Sequence record: MK903277.1
DNA from: Escherichia phage Pisces
Reading direction: 5' to 3' (one strand)
Length of the DNA stretch: 39,497 nucleotides
Position 1 is the first letter of the stretch, and the number at the start of each line of letters is the position of its first letter. Shown here in pieces: positions 17,756 through 27,010 of this stretch. The notes beneath the pieces were generated by a model. It was not told the origin of the DNA, did no database searches, and was given only the letters and a program-made list of their open reading frames with translations. Position numbers and translations under genes: made by a program.

Positions 17756-18028
17756 ATGGGCATTAAGGCCATTGATGATGTTGTTAATCAACTCGTAGAG
17801 GAGAGACTTAAGGTCCCTGCATTCTCCGAGTCTGCCGTCCAGTTCCTGCACATCCTGTTCAACGCGAGCTATGCGTCTAAGCTGGGTGTCATCAACGACC
17901 TCAAGGCTGCTGGCTACAGTGAAGGCTATATCGCTGGGTTCATCGGCGGTCTTCAGTATTGTTCAGACACTCTGGACTCTGCGGTCGCTAAGCGTCAAAG
18001 CCTGAAGGACAACATTCAGTTCGACTAA
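17756..18028 (+). CDS. Gene 6.5-like hypothetical protein (90 aa)
   Basis: SD AAGAGGAG upstream; first ORF after the phi6.5-like promoter. Confidence 0.55.
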   Translation: MGIKAIDDVVNQLVEERLKVPAFSESAVQFLHILFNASYASKLGVINDLKAAGYSEGYIAGFIGGLQYCSDTLDSAVAKRQSLKDNIQFD

Positions 18029-18038
18029 AGGAGGGACT

Positions 18039-18260
18039 ATGTGTTTCAGTCCGAAGATTAGCACTCCGAAGCCATCCACCGCTGCACCTGAGCCAGCCCC
18101 TCTGAGTGAGGAAGTAGCTAGTGTCGACATCGGGGCTGAGGAAGGTGCGGACACCAACGAGACCAAGGGTATCAAAGACCTGAAAGTCAAGAAGGAGTCA
18201 ACAGCCACTAAATCGTCCGTGGGTCGCGCTATGCGTAACACTGGCGTCAACATGGGGTAA
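18039..18260 (+). CDS. Gene 6.7 homologue (small virion protein)
   Basis: 73 aa; N-terminus MCFSPKISTPK matches T7 gp6.7 MCFSPKIKTPK. Confidence 0.75.
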   Translation: MCFSPKISTPKPSTAAPEPAPLSEEVASVDIGAEEGADTNETKGIKDLKVKKESTATKSSVGRAMRNTGVNMG

Positions 18261-18264
18261 GACT

Positions 18265-18666
18265 ATGCTCCACTACCGAAACTCAAGCGATGGTCGCCGC
18301 ATGGCTGCTGAACGCCTCTGGGAAGACGGACAGTCTGACTTCGCCTCATTCTCTGAGTTCAAACAACATACCTTCCGTATGGCTGATGAGCTTGAGGGTG
18401 AGGAGTACACAATCTACGATGATGAGTGTAAGCCTGTGGCCTACCTCTACATGCTGGCTTCATCGTCTTGGCACCGAAAGACTCCCGGTCTTGACCTTTC
18501 CATTCTCGCTATCCGTAGTGACTCGCAGTCCTCCCGCAAGGTTCTTGAGACTGTCAGACACATTATCGACGGAGAGTGCAGACGATGGGGTCTTAACTGG
18601 TGGTCCCGTGTCAAGCACAATGGGCCAGTAGACATCGTAACAACCAAGGAGATTAACCGTGGGTAA
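18265..18666 (+). CDS. Gene 7-like protein (133 aa)
   Basis: Same size and position as T7 gp7; no motif recognised. Confidence 0.5.
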   Translation: MLHYRNSSDGRRMAAERLWEDGQSDFASFSEFKQHTFRMADELEGEEYTIYDDECKPVAYLYMLASSSWHRKTPGLDLSILAIRSDSQSSRKVLETVRHIIDGECRRWGLNWWSRVKHNGPVDIVTTKEINRG

Positions 18667-18913
18667 ATCCATTAGTAAAGCATTCAAGAAAGTAGTCGGT
18701 GGAGCACTGAACACTGTGGGTCTGGGACCTTCGGCTGCTCCGGTTCCTAAAGCTGCTGACCAACAGGTCGCTGCTGCTCCGGTCGAAGTACCGAAGGATA
18801 CAGTGACTGACGTTGACACCGATGTGACCGCAGAAGACTCAAAGAAAGGTAAGCGTGTAGGTAAGCGTAGCCTGAGCGTCTCTCGTACTTCCGGTGGCGG
18901 TATCTCAATCTAA
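18659..18913 (+). CDS. Gene 7.3 homologue (tail-associated protein)
   Basis: GTG start with SD AAGGAG; MGKSISKAFKK and C-terminal GKRSLSVSRTSGGGISI parallel T7 gp7.3 MGKKVKKAVKK...KKSLSVARSSGGGINI. Confidence 0.75.
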   Translation: MGKSISKAFKKVVGGALNTVGLGPSAAPVPKAADQQVAAAPVEVPKDTVTDVDTDVTAEDSKKGKRVGKRSLSVSRTSGGGISI

Positions 18914-18927
18914 GCAGGAGGTGACTA

Positions 18928-20496
18928 ATGGCTGAACGTCAAGGCTTCGCTGCTGAAGGAGCCAAAGCGGTTTATGACCGATTAAAGAACGGTCGCCAGC
19001 CGTATGAGACCCGTGCTCAGAACTGTGCGGCTGTCACCATCCCGTCCCTGTTCCCGAAAGAGTCAGACAACTCCTCAACCGAGTACACGACTCCGTGGCA
19101 AGCTGTGGGTGCTCGCTGTCTGAACAACCTTGCGGCTAAGCTAATGCTGGCCCTGTTCCCTCAGGCACCGTGGATGAGACTTACCGTCTCAGAGTATGAG
19201 GCCAAGACCTTGAGTCAAGACACTGAGGCTGCGGCCCGTGTTGACGAAGGACTGGCTATGGTCGAGCGTGTGCTGATGGCCTATATGGAGACCAATAGTT
19301 TCCGTGTGCCACTGTTCGAGGCCCTGAAGCAGCTTATCGTCTCAGGTAACTGTCTGCTCTACATCCCGCCTCCAGAACAGGGTCAATACAGTCCGATGCG
19401 CATGTACCGTCTGGTCTCCTATGTGGTCCAGCGCGATGCGTTCGGTAACGTGCTACAGATTGTCACCCTCGACAGGATTGCGTTTAGTGCTCTGCCGGAA
19501 GACGTTCAGTCTCAGCTCAATGCTGACGACTATGAGCCGGACACCGAGCTGGATGTCTACACGCATATCTACCGGGAAGGCGATGAGTACCTGCGTTATG
19601 AGGAAGTGGAAGGCGTAGAGGTGAACGGGACCGATGGTTCCTACCCACTGGATGCCTGTCCATATATTCCGGTGCGCATGGTCAGACTGGACGGTGAAGA
19701 CTATGGTCGTTCCTACGCTGAAGAGTATCTGGGAGACCTGAACTCTCTGGAGACCATTACCGAGGCTATCACCAAGATGGCTAAGGTCGCCGCTAAGGTG
19801 GTGGGTCTGGTTAACCCGAACGGTATCACCCAGCCTCGTCGTCTGAACAAGGCGGCTACTGGTGAGTTTGTGGCTGGACGTATTGAGGACATCAACTTCC
19901 TGCAACTGACGAAAGGTCAGGACTTCACGATTGCCAAATCGGTGGCTGACGCTATCGAGCAACGTTTAGGCTGGGCCTTCCTGCTTAACTCTGCTGTCCA
20001 GCGTAACGCTGAGCGAGTGACTGCTGAGGAGATTCGCTATGTTGCCGGGGAACTTGAAGCGACTCTAGGCGGTGTGTACTCCGTGCAGTCTCAGGAGATG
20101 CAGCTACCTCTGGTCCGTGTGTTACTGAACCAACTTCAGTCTGCTGGTATGATTCCTGACCTTCCGAAAGAAGCGGTAGAGCCTACGGTCTCCACTGGTC
20201 TGGAAGCGCTAGGCCGTGGTCAGGACTTGGAGAAGCTAACTCAGGCGGTGAACATGATGACTGGACTTCAGCCTCTGGCTCAGGACCCGGACATCAACTT
20301 GCCGACCCTTAAGCTGCGACTCCTTAACGCTCTGGGTATCGACACCGCTGGTCTGCTCCTGACGCAAGACGAGAAGCTGCAACGCATGGCTGAGCAGTCG
20401 TCTCAACAGGCAGTCGTCCAAGGTGCTGGTGCTGCTGGTGCTAACATGGGTGCTGCGGTCGGTCAGGGTGCTGGTGAGGACATGGCTCAGGCTTAA
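18928..20496 (+). CDS. Portal / head-to-tail connector protein (gene 8)
   Basis: 522 aa; extensive collinear identity to T7 gp8 (YETRAQNCA, PWQAVGAR, YRLVSYVVQRDAFGNVLQ, RMVRLDGEDYGRSY). Confidence 0.95.
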   Translation: MAERQGFAAEGAKAVYDRLKNGRQPYETRAQNCAAVTIPSLFPKESDNSSTEYTTPWQAVGARCLNNLAAKLMLALFPQAPWMRLTVSEYEAKTLSQDTEAAARVDEGLAMVERVLMAYMETNSFRVPLFEALKQLIVSGNCLLYIPPPEQGQYSPMRMYRLVSYVVQRDAFGNVLQIVTLDRIAFSALPEDVQSQLNADDYEPDTELDVYTHIYREGDEYLRYEEVEGVEVNGTDGSYPLDACPYIPVRMVRLDGEDYGRSYAEEYLGDLNSLETITEAITKMAKVAAKVVGLVNPNGITQPRRLNKAATGEFVAGRIEDINFLQLTKGQDFTIAKSVADAIEQRLGWAFLLNSAVQRNAERVTAEEIRYVAGELEATLGGVYSVQSQEMQLPLVRVLLNQLQSAGMIPDLPKEAVEPTVSTGLEALGRGQDLEKLTQAVNMMTGLQPLAQDPDINLPTLKLRLLNALGIDTAGLLLTQDEKLQRMAEQSSQQAVVQGAGAAGANMGAAVGQGAGEDMAQA

Positions 20497-20510
20497 CTAT
20501 CACTATAGGA
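20493..20510 (+). promoter_or_regulatory. Phage RNAP promoter (phi9-like)
   Basis: TTAACTATCACTATAGGA overlapping the portal stop codon. Confidence 0.7.
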
Positions 20511-20565
20511 ACAACAGGTCAGACTCTTGGCCTGTTACCTATTAACTTTAAGACAGGAGGACTTA

Positions 20566-21450
20566 ATGTCTCAATCAGTTTATGCCGAGTTCGGCGTTAG
20601 CCCCAATGCAATCACTGGCTCCGTTGAGGACCTGAACGAACATCAACAGTCTATGCTGGAGAAGGACGTAGCTGTCCGTGATGGCGATGATGCCATTACC
20701 TTCAAGCAACTGGAAGCCGAGCAGGAAGAGGCGACCGAAGAAGACGAGAACGTCGAAGAGACTGAAGGTGAAGAGACCGAAGGTAACGACGACGAGTCCG
20801 AGACCGAAGGTGATGATGATGTTGACTTCGTTGAACTTGGCGACACTCCGAAAGAGCTGACCGAAAGTGTCTCCGCTCTGGATGAGAATGAAGCTGCATT
20901 CGACGACATGGTGTCTGCTGCTGTAGAAGCTGGCAAGGTCACTGCTGATGACATCACCGCGATTAAGGCTGAATATGCCTCTAAAGGTGAGCTGTCCGAG
21001 GCATCCTACGCTAAGCTGGCTGAAGCTGGCTATACCAAGCGTTTCGTCGATTCGTTCGTCCGTGGTCAGGAAGCTCTGGCTGAGCAGTATGCTGCTGGCG
21101 TGGTTCGCTATGCAGGTGGTGCGGAGCAGTTCAACCGAATCCTGTCTCACCTTGAGGCCAACGACAAGTCCACCAAGGAAGCCCTTGAGTCTGCCATTAT
21201 CCGTAAGGACTTGGTGACAGCTAAGGCTATCCTGAATCTGGCTGGTCGTAACCTCGGTAAGGCTCGTGGCGTTCAGCCTCAGCGTACCATCACCACTCAG
21301 GGTAAACCAGCGGTTTCTGCACCGAAGGTCGAGACTGAAGGCTTTAGCTCCAAGGCTGATATGGTCAAGGCCATGAGTGACCCGCGCTATCTGCGTGACG
21401 CTAAGTACACGATGGATGTACGCGCTAAGGTTGCGGCGTCTAGCCTGTAA
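20566..21450 (+). CDS. Capsid assembly scaffolding protein (gene 9)
   Basis: Start at ATG 20566 (SD GGAGGA); acidic central region; SYAKLAE.GYTK.F.DS..RGQEAL and MSDPRY blocks as in T7 gp9. Confidence 0.9.
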   Translation: MSQSVYAEFGVSPNAITGSVEDLNEHQQSMLEKDVAVRDGDDAITFKQLEAEQEEATEEDENVEETEGEETEGNDDESETEGDDDVDFVELGDTPKELTESVSALDENEAAFDDMVSAAVEAGKVTADDITAIKAEYASKGELSEASYAKLAEAGYTKRFVDSFVRGQEALAEQYAAGVVRYAGGAEQFNRILSHLEANDKSTKEALESAIIRKDLVTAKAILNLAGRNLGKARGVQPQRTITTQGKPAVSAPKVETEGFSSKADMVKAMSDPRYLRDAKYTMDVRAKVAASSL

Positions 21451-21457
21451 GCTGGAC

Positions 21458-21478
21458 TAAACTATCACTATAGGGAGA
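21458..21478 (+). promoter_or_regulatory. Phage RNAP promoter (phi10-like), with 5' leader stem-loop
   Basis: TAAACTATCACTATAGGGAGA is the full consensus; transcript begins GGGAGACC...GGTTTCCC (stem-loop as in the T7 gene 10 leader). Confidence 0.85.
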
Positions 21479-21581
21479 CCAAGAGTAGAGACTCAAGGTT
21501 TCCCTGTAACTTCAGTCCATACGGATTGGGCATAACGAAGTCACTAAACTTTATCTTTCATTCGAATAGGAGAATTATCAT

Positions 21582-22622
21582 ATGGCAAACGTACCGGGTC
21601 AGAAAATTGGTCAGAACCAAGGTAAAGGCATTTCCAATACCGACCAGCTCGCACTGTTCCTGAAGGTCTTCGCTGGTGAAGTCCTGACCGCTTTCACTCG
21701 TCGTTCTGTGACCGCTGACAAACATATTGTCCGCACCATTCAGAACGGTAAGTCTGCTCAGTTCCCGGTCATGGGTCGCACCTCTGGTGTGTATCTGGCT
21801 CCGGGTGAGCGCCTGTCCGACAAACGTGTAGGCATCAAGCACACCGAGAAGGTAATCACCATTGATGGTCTGCTGACCGCTGACGTGATGATTTTCGACA
21901 TTGAAGACGCTATGAACCACTACGATGTGGCTGGCGAGTATTCCAACCAGCTCGGTGAAGCTCTGGCTATCGCTGCTGATGGTGCGGTACTGGCTGAGAT
22001 GGCGATTCTGTGTAACCTCCCGGCTGCATCTGATGAGAACATCGCTGGTCTGGGTAAAGCGTCCGTGCTGGAAGTTGGTAAGAAAGTAGACCTGAACACT
22101 CCGGCTAAGCTGGGTGAAGCAATCATTGGTCAACTGACCATTGCTCGTGCTCGTCTGACCTCCAACTATGTACCTGCTGGCGACCGTTACTTCTACACCA
22201 CGCCGGACAACTACTCCGCGATTCTGGCTGCTCTGATGCCGAACTCCGCTAACTACGCTGCGCTGATTGACCCTGAGACGGGCAACATCCGTAACGTAAT
22301 GGGCTTCGTGGTTGTTGAAGTTCCACACCTGACTCAGGGTGGTGCTGGCGAAACTCGTGGTGCTGATGGTATCACCATTGCGTCTGGTCAGAAACACGGC
22401 TTCCCGGCTACCTCTAGCGCTACCGTTAAGGTCGCTCTGGACAACGTTGTGGGCCTGTTCTCTCACCGTTCTGCTGTGGGTACTGTTAAGCTGCGTGACT
22501 TGGCGCTGGAACGTGACCGTGACGTCGATGCTCAGGGCGACCTGATTGTCGGTAAGTACGCGATGGGTCACGGTGGTCTGCGTCCAGAAGCTGCTGGTGC
22601 TCTGGTTTTCAGCCAGCCGTAA
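21582..22622 (+). CDS. Major capsid protein 10A
   Basis: 346 aa; near-collinear with T7 gp10A (QGKG, LALFLKVF.GEVLTAF, GKSAQFPV, KHTEKVITIDGLLTADV, YAMGHGGLRPEAAG). Confidence 0.97.
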   Translation: MANVPGQKIGQNQGKGISNTDQLALFLKVFAGEVLTAFTRRSVTADKHIVRTIQNGKSAQFPVMGRTSGVYLAPGERLSDKRVGIKHTEKVITIDGLLTADVMIFDIEDAMNHYDVAGEYSNQLGEALAIAADGAVLAEMAILCNLPAASDENIAGLGKASVLEVGKKVDLNTPAKLGEAIIGQLTIARARLTSNYVPAGDRYFYTTPDNYSAILAALMPNSANYAALIDPETGNIRNVMGFVVVEVPHLTQGGAGETRGADGITIASGQKHGFPATSSATVKVALDNVVGLFSHRSAVGTVKLRDLALERDRDVDAQGDLIVGKYAMGHGGLRPEAAGALVFSQP

Positions 22623-22885
22623 CAACCCTTAAGATGACTGGAGCTTCGGCTCCGGTTGTCCAGACTGTTAGTGGCAACGCTGGAGATAGCATAAAGGTTG
22701 AACTCACCGAACTGGCGTCAGTGACCGATTGGTCCAAGCTGGACGTAAGTGTGTCAGACCCTAGCGTCACCTTCACTCGCCGGACTAACAGCCTGTACTT
22801 TAAGGGTTCCGTTGCGGGGGACTACCAGATTATCATCGGCTACGATGGTTCGCCTGTTCGTTCCTTCGTGCTGACAATCAACTAA
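22604..22885 (+). CDS. Putative -1 frameshift extension of the capsid protein (10B-type), Ig-like domain
   Basis: The -1 frame is open across the 10A stop and continues to 22885; G GTT TTC sits 10 nt before the 10A stop; the downstream ATG at 22634 has no SD. Confidence 0.5.
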   Translation, partial: GFQPAVTTLKMTGASAPVVQTVSGNAGDSIKVELTELASVTDWSKLDVSVSDPSVTFTRRTNSLYFKGSVAGDYQIIIGYDGSPVRSFVLTIN

Positions 22886-22890
22886 TTGAA

Positions 22891-22928
22891 ACCCCTTGGG
22901 TGCCTTCGGGTGCTTGAGGGGTTTTTTC
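22891..22928 (+). terminator. T7-type late terminator (Tphi-like)
   Basis: CCCCTTGGGTGCC-TTCG-GGTGCTTGAGGGG hairpin with UUCG loop, followed by TTTTTTC; closely parallels T7 Tphi. Confidence 0.85.
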
Positions 22929-22944
22929 GTTAAGAGGAGGACTC

Positions 22945-23511
22945 ATGGCAGTCTATATCCCACTCAATACTAACGATGACTTGGACGCTATCAATGACAT
23001 GCTGGCGGCTATCGGCGAACCTGCGGTCCTGCAACTGGACGAGGGCAATGCTGATGTCTCCAACGCAATGCGCATTCTACAGCGAGTCAATCGTCAGGTC
23101 CAAGCTAAGGGCTGGAACTTTAACATCAACGAGGCTGCGGTCTTGACTCCAGACACCACGGACAACCAGATTCGCTGGCTGCCGTCTTACCTGCGGGTCA
23201 TGACTACAGGTGCCACCAGCTACTATAGCAACATGGGCGGTTACGTGTACGACCTCAGCACTCAGTCTACAACCTTCACGGCTGCAATCACGGTCGAGCT
23301 GGTAGAGCTGAAGCCTTATGGTGAGATGCCTGTGGTCTTCCGGGACTATATCGTGACCAAAGCCAGCCGAGAGTTCAACGCTAAGTTCTTCGGTAGTCCT
23401 GAGGCCGAGATGTATCTCCGTGAGCAGGAAGCCGAGCTGTACCAGCAGGTGATGGAATACGAGATGGACACCGGGCGCTACAACATGATGTCTTCCATCG
23501 GTCGAGACTAA
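22945..23511 (+). CDS. Tail tubular protein A (gene 11)
   Basis: 188 aa; IGEP, GWNFNI.E, GGYVYD and YIVTKASREFNAKFFG.PE match T7 gp11. Confidence 0.9.
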   Translation: MAVYIPLNTNDDLDAINDMLAAIGEPAVLQLDEGNADVSNAMRILQRVNRQVQAKGWNFNINEAAVLTPDTTDNQIRWLPSYLRVMTTGATSYYSNMGGYVYDLSTQSTTFTAAITVELVELKPYGEMPVVFRDYIVTKASREFNAKFFGSPEAEMYLREQEAELYQQVMEYEMDTGRYNMMSSIGRD

Positions 23512-23524
23512 TAGAGGAGGTGCT

Positions 23525-25879
23525 ATGCCACTTATTACACAATCAATCAAGAACCTTAAGGGTGGCATTAGCCAACAGCCTGACATCCTGCGGTTCTCTG
23601 ACCAAGGTGAAGAGCAGGTTAACTGCTGGTCGTCCGAGAGTGATGGCCTACAGAAGAGACCTCCTACAGTCTGGAAGCGCCGACTCCAGATTGACGTAGG
23701 GTCGGCCCCTAAGTTCCACCTGATTAACCGAGACGAAGTGGAGCAATACTATATCGTCTTCAACGGGTCTAACATTCAGGTCGTGGACCTTGAGGGGAAC
23801 CACTACGCTGTCTCCGGTGACATGGGCTACGTACAGACCGGGAACCCAAGGGATGACATCCGGGTAATCACGGTGGCTGACTATACGTTCATCGTAAACC
23901 GAAAGGTGGTCGTCCGGGCTGGGACCGACAAGGCTCACCCAGCGTACAACTTCAAGTCCCGCGCACTGATTAACCTCCGTGGCGGACAGTATGGTCGTAC
24001 ACTGAAGGTTGGCATCAACGGTGGACCTATGGTTGAGCATAAGCTACCACCGGGAGACAACGCCAAAGACGACCCGCCGAAGGTTGACGCTCAGTACATT
24101 GGGGGCGAGCTGATTAAGCTGCTGATGGTCGCTTATCCGAGCTACGCGTTTGCTCTGGGGTCCGGCTACATCGTGATTGCTGACAATGGTGGTGGACCAA
24201 TTAACTCAGTTGAGACTGAAGATGGCTACGCTAACCAGCTCATCACTCCGGTACTCGACACTGTGCAGACCATCTCCAAGCTGCCTCTGGCTGCACCTGA
24301 TGGCTACATCATTAAGATTCAAGGTGAGACCAACAGTAGCGCCGATGAATACTTCGTGATGTATAGCGCCAACACTAAGACGTGGAAGGAGACTGTAGAG
24401 CCGGGTACTGTGGTTGGCTTCAATAAGTCCACCATGCCACACGCTCTGGTGCGTCAGGCCGATGGGTCCTTCATCTTCAAGGAACTCGACTGGTCTGGAC
24501 GTGGAGCTGGTAACGATGACACCAACCCGATGCCTAGCTTCGTTGACTCTGCGATTAACGATGTGTTCTTCTACCGTAACCGCTTAGGGTTCCTCTCTGG
24601 CGAGAACGTCATTATGTCCCGTTCGGCTGGTTACTTTGCGTTCTTCCCTAAGTCGGTAGCGACACTGAGTGATGATGACCCGATTGACGTGGCTGTTAGT
24701 CACCCTCGAATCTCCATCCTGAAGTATGCCGTGCCGTTCAGCGAGCAGTTGCTACTGTGGTCCGACGAGGTGCAGTTCGTGATGACCAGCTCTGGTGTCC
24801 TGACAGCCAAGTCCATCCAGCTTGACGTTGGCTCTGAGTTCGCTCTGGGCGATAATGCTCGACCGTTCGCTGTGGGACGCTCAGTATTCTTCTCAGCGCC
24901 TCGTGGGTCATTCACCAGCATTAAGCGCTACTTTGCGGTAGCAGATGTCACGGATGTGAAGGATGCCGACGACACCACTGGTCACGTCCTGTCCTACATC
25001 CCTAACGGAGTGTTTGACATTCAGGGGACCGGGACTGAGAACTTCATCGTGGTGAACACCTCTGGTGCCTACAACCGGATGTACGTCTACAAGTTCCTGT
25101 TCAGGGATGGCGTACAGCTTCAGGCTTCATGGTCTCACTGGGAGTTCGAGCCTAACGAGAGAGTCTTGGCGTCCGCTGCTATCGGCTCAACAGTCTACAT
25201 CGTCAAACAGCACTCTCAGGGTGTGGACATTGAGCACCTTAAGTTCATCAAGGAGGCTACTGACTTCAGTACCGAGCCGTATCGACTTCACGTAGACGCT
25301 AAGGCTACCATGCAGATTCCTATGGATAGCTATAATCCTGATACGTTCGTCACTCTAGTGAACATTGGGAACGCCTACGGTGGCAATGCGCCACCACGGG
25401 GCAACTACTTCCTGATTGACTCGCAGGGTGCCTACACGTCTCTGGGGCTTCTGGATGGGCAGACTCTGGTCAACCTGAAAGGAGATTGGTCAGGACGTGT
25501 GGTATTCATCGGTCGTTCCTATGTCATGCGTTACAGGTTCTCTCGCTTCTTGATTAAGAAAGAGGATGACTCTGGGGTGCAGACTGAGGACACCGGGCGT
25601 CTACAGCTTCGTCGAGCTTGGGTGAACTATCAGGACACTGGCGCTCTACGACTGACGGTCTCCAATGGTCAGCGTGAGTTCGTCAACATCCTGAATGGGT
25701 ACACCTTGGGTCAGCAGACCTTAGGCACCAGCAACATCGGTGACGGTCAGTTCCGCTTCGCAATGAACGGTAACGCGATGACCACAAGTCTTGTCCTTGA
25801 GTCCGACTATCCGACCCCAGTTTCCATCGTTGGGTGCGGCTGGGAAGCTTCATACGCCAAGAAAGCGCAACGAGTCTAA
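23525..25879 (+). CDS. Tail tubular protein B (gene 12)
   Basis: 784 aa; size and position of T7 gp12; N-terminus MPLITQSIKNLKGGISQQPD typical of the gp12 family. Confidence 0.85.
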   Translation: MPLITQSIKNLKGGISQQPDILRFSDQGEEQVNCWSSESDGLQKRPPTVWKRRLQIDVGSAPKFHLINRDEVEQYYIVFNGSNIQVVDLEGNHYAVSGDMGYVQTGNPRDDIRVITVADYTFIVNRKVVVRAGTDKAHPAYNFKSRALINLRGGQYGRTLKVGINGGPMVEHKLPPGDNAKDDPPKVDAQYIGGELIKLLMVAYPSYAFALGSGYIVIADNGGGPINSVETEDGYANQLITPVLDTVQTISKLPLAAPDGYIIKIQGETNSSADEYFVMYSANTKTWKETVEPGTVVGFNKSTMPHALVRQADGSFIFKELDWSGRGAGNDDTNPMPSFVDSAINDVFFYRNRLGFLSGENVIMSRSAGYFAFFPKSVATLSDDDPIDVAVSHPRISILKYAVPFSEQLLLWSDEVQFVMTSSGVLTAKSIQLDVGSEFALGDNARPFAVGRSVFFSAPRGSFTSIKRYFAVADVTDVKDADDTTGHVLSYIPNGVFDIQGTGTENFIVVNTSGAYNRMYVYKFLFRDGVQLQASWSHWEFEPNERVLASAAIGSTVYIVKQHSQGVDIEHLKFIKEATDFSTEPYRLHVDAKATMQIPMDSYNPDTFVTLVNIGNAYGGNAPPRGNYFLIDSQGAYTSLGLLDGQTLVNLKGDWSGRVVFIGRSYVMRYRFSRFLIKKEDDSGVQTEDTGRLQLRRAWVNYQDTGALRLTVSNGQREFVNILNGYTLGQQTLGTSNIGDGQFRFAMNGNAMTTSLVLESDYPTPVSIVGCGWEASYAKKAQRV

Positions 25880-25905
25880 CTTATTGATTGGCCTATAGAT
25901 TCACC

Positions 25906-25924
25906 TTAACTATCACTATAGGGA
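25906..25924 (+). promoter_or_regulatory. Phage RNAP promoter (phi13-like)
   Basis: TTAACTATCACTATAGGGA. Confidence 0.8.
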
Positions 25925-25965
25925 CTATAGGCCCTTTAAGTTATAATACTCTAAGAGGAGACTTT

Positions 25966-26427
25966 ATGTATATCCGTAAAGCTACTGAACAGGACGTATT
26001 GTCCTTCGAAATTGCTATAGATGACATTAACGAGCTGATGGCGCATGACCCACGGAGAGACTTGAAGTCTGTCCTGCTGTCTCACCTCACTCCGTCATCT
26101 GTGGTTTTGGTCGACGCACTGGGGACAGTATACGCTTATGGTGGAAACCAAGGTGATAACGTCTGGTTCGTTACCTCCCGTCTTGTCTCACGTCTGTCCA
26201 AGGCTGAGAAGCGAGAGTTCGGACTCCACATTGCACGATACAGAGACTTAATGTTAGACCAGTTCCCAGTCCTATGGAATTACGTCTGGTCGGGCAACAA
26301 GTCTCACATTAGGTTTCTCCGATTGCTGGGCGCTAAGTTTCACCCTGAGGTGACTATCAGTCCGGTAACTGGTGAGCGTTTTCAACTATTCACAATCTCT
26401 AAGGAGGACGTATGTGTGAACCCGTAA
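25966..26427 (+). CDS. Gene 13-like internal virion / assembly protein
   Basis: ATG 25966 with SD AAGAGGAG, downstream of the promoter (the ORF track's 25888 start lies upstream of the promoter); 3' end overlaps gene 14. Confidence 0.6.
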   Translation: MYIRKATEQDVLSFEIAIDDINELMAHDPRRDLKSVLLSHLTPSSVVLVDALGTVYAYGGNQGDNVWFVTSRLVSRLSKAEKREFGLHIARYRDLMLDQFPVLWNYVWSGNKSHIRFLRLLGAKFHPEVTISPVTGERFQLFTISKEDVCVNP

Positions 26428-26999
26428 GCATCGGCATGGGCATCATGGCTGTAGCCGGGGCCGCTATGTCCGCTTCGAGTCAGGCTAAAGCTGAGGGTGC
26501 TGCTATTGACGCTCAGAACCGACAGGCTCAGGAGATGATTAAGCAGATGAACTACTCTGATGCCAACCTGAGGATGCAGGAGCGAGACCTCAAGGAGCAG
26601 CAGGTAGCTGAACTGACAGAGACGACTCTGAACGGTATTCGTAATCAGGGTATGGTCCGTGCAGCGGTGGCTGAGTCTGGGCTGGAAGGTAACTCCATGA
26701 ACCGCATCGAGCGTGACGTAGAGGGGCAGACAGTCAAGGAACGTGCAGGTATCACCGAAAGCTATGGTCGTGACTACGCGGCTATCTTCGGGAACCGTAT
26801 TGCCAACATTGAGAATACCAAGTCCGCTATCAAAGGTCAGGGTAAGATTCTCAAGACCAGCCCACTGGCTCATGCGCTTAATGTGGCGAACGCCGGGATG
26901 CAAGGGTACGCAATGGGTAACTCAATCGCTGGTGCCTCTCCGTCTCAGGGCGCAGCCCCAATTAGTGCAGCTAAAGGCACACCTACAGGTCATAGCTAA
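26412..26999 (+). CDS. Internal virion protein B (gene 14)
   Basis: 195 aa; begins MC as T7 gp14 does; SMNRIERDVEGQ, YGRDYAAIFG and PISAAKGT.TG parallel T7 gp14. Confidence 0.85.
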   Translation: MCEPVSIGMGIMAVAGAAMSASSQAKAEGAAIDAQNRQAQEMIKQMNYSDANLRMQERDLKEQQVAELTETTLNGIRNQGMVRAAVAESGLEGNSMNRIERDVEGQTVKERAGITESYGRDYAAIFGNRIANIENTKSAIKGQGKILKTSPLAHALNVANAGMQGYAMGNSIAGASPSQGAAPISAAKGTPTGHS

Positions 27000-27010
27000 C
27001 AGGAGGACCA

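Noticed and set aside
18290-18631. 113-aa + strand ORF overlapping gene 7 in another frame
   Set aside because: Ser/Leu-rich low-complexity product with no start context, fully contained in a gene with a proper SD.
21558-22625. 355-aa ORF on the minus strand, antisense to the major capsid gene
   Set aside because: Exactly mirrors a highly conserved + strand gene, has no ribosome-binding site, and all supported genes are on the + strand; long antisense ORFs are expected in GC-rich coding sequence.
25888-25965. Upstream start for gene 13 (ORF track start 25888)
   Set aside because: That start lies upstream of the phi13-like promoter at 25906-25924 and has no SD; the ATG at 25966 follows AAGAGGAG and lies inside the promoter-driven transcript.
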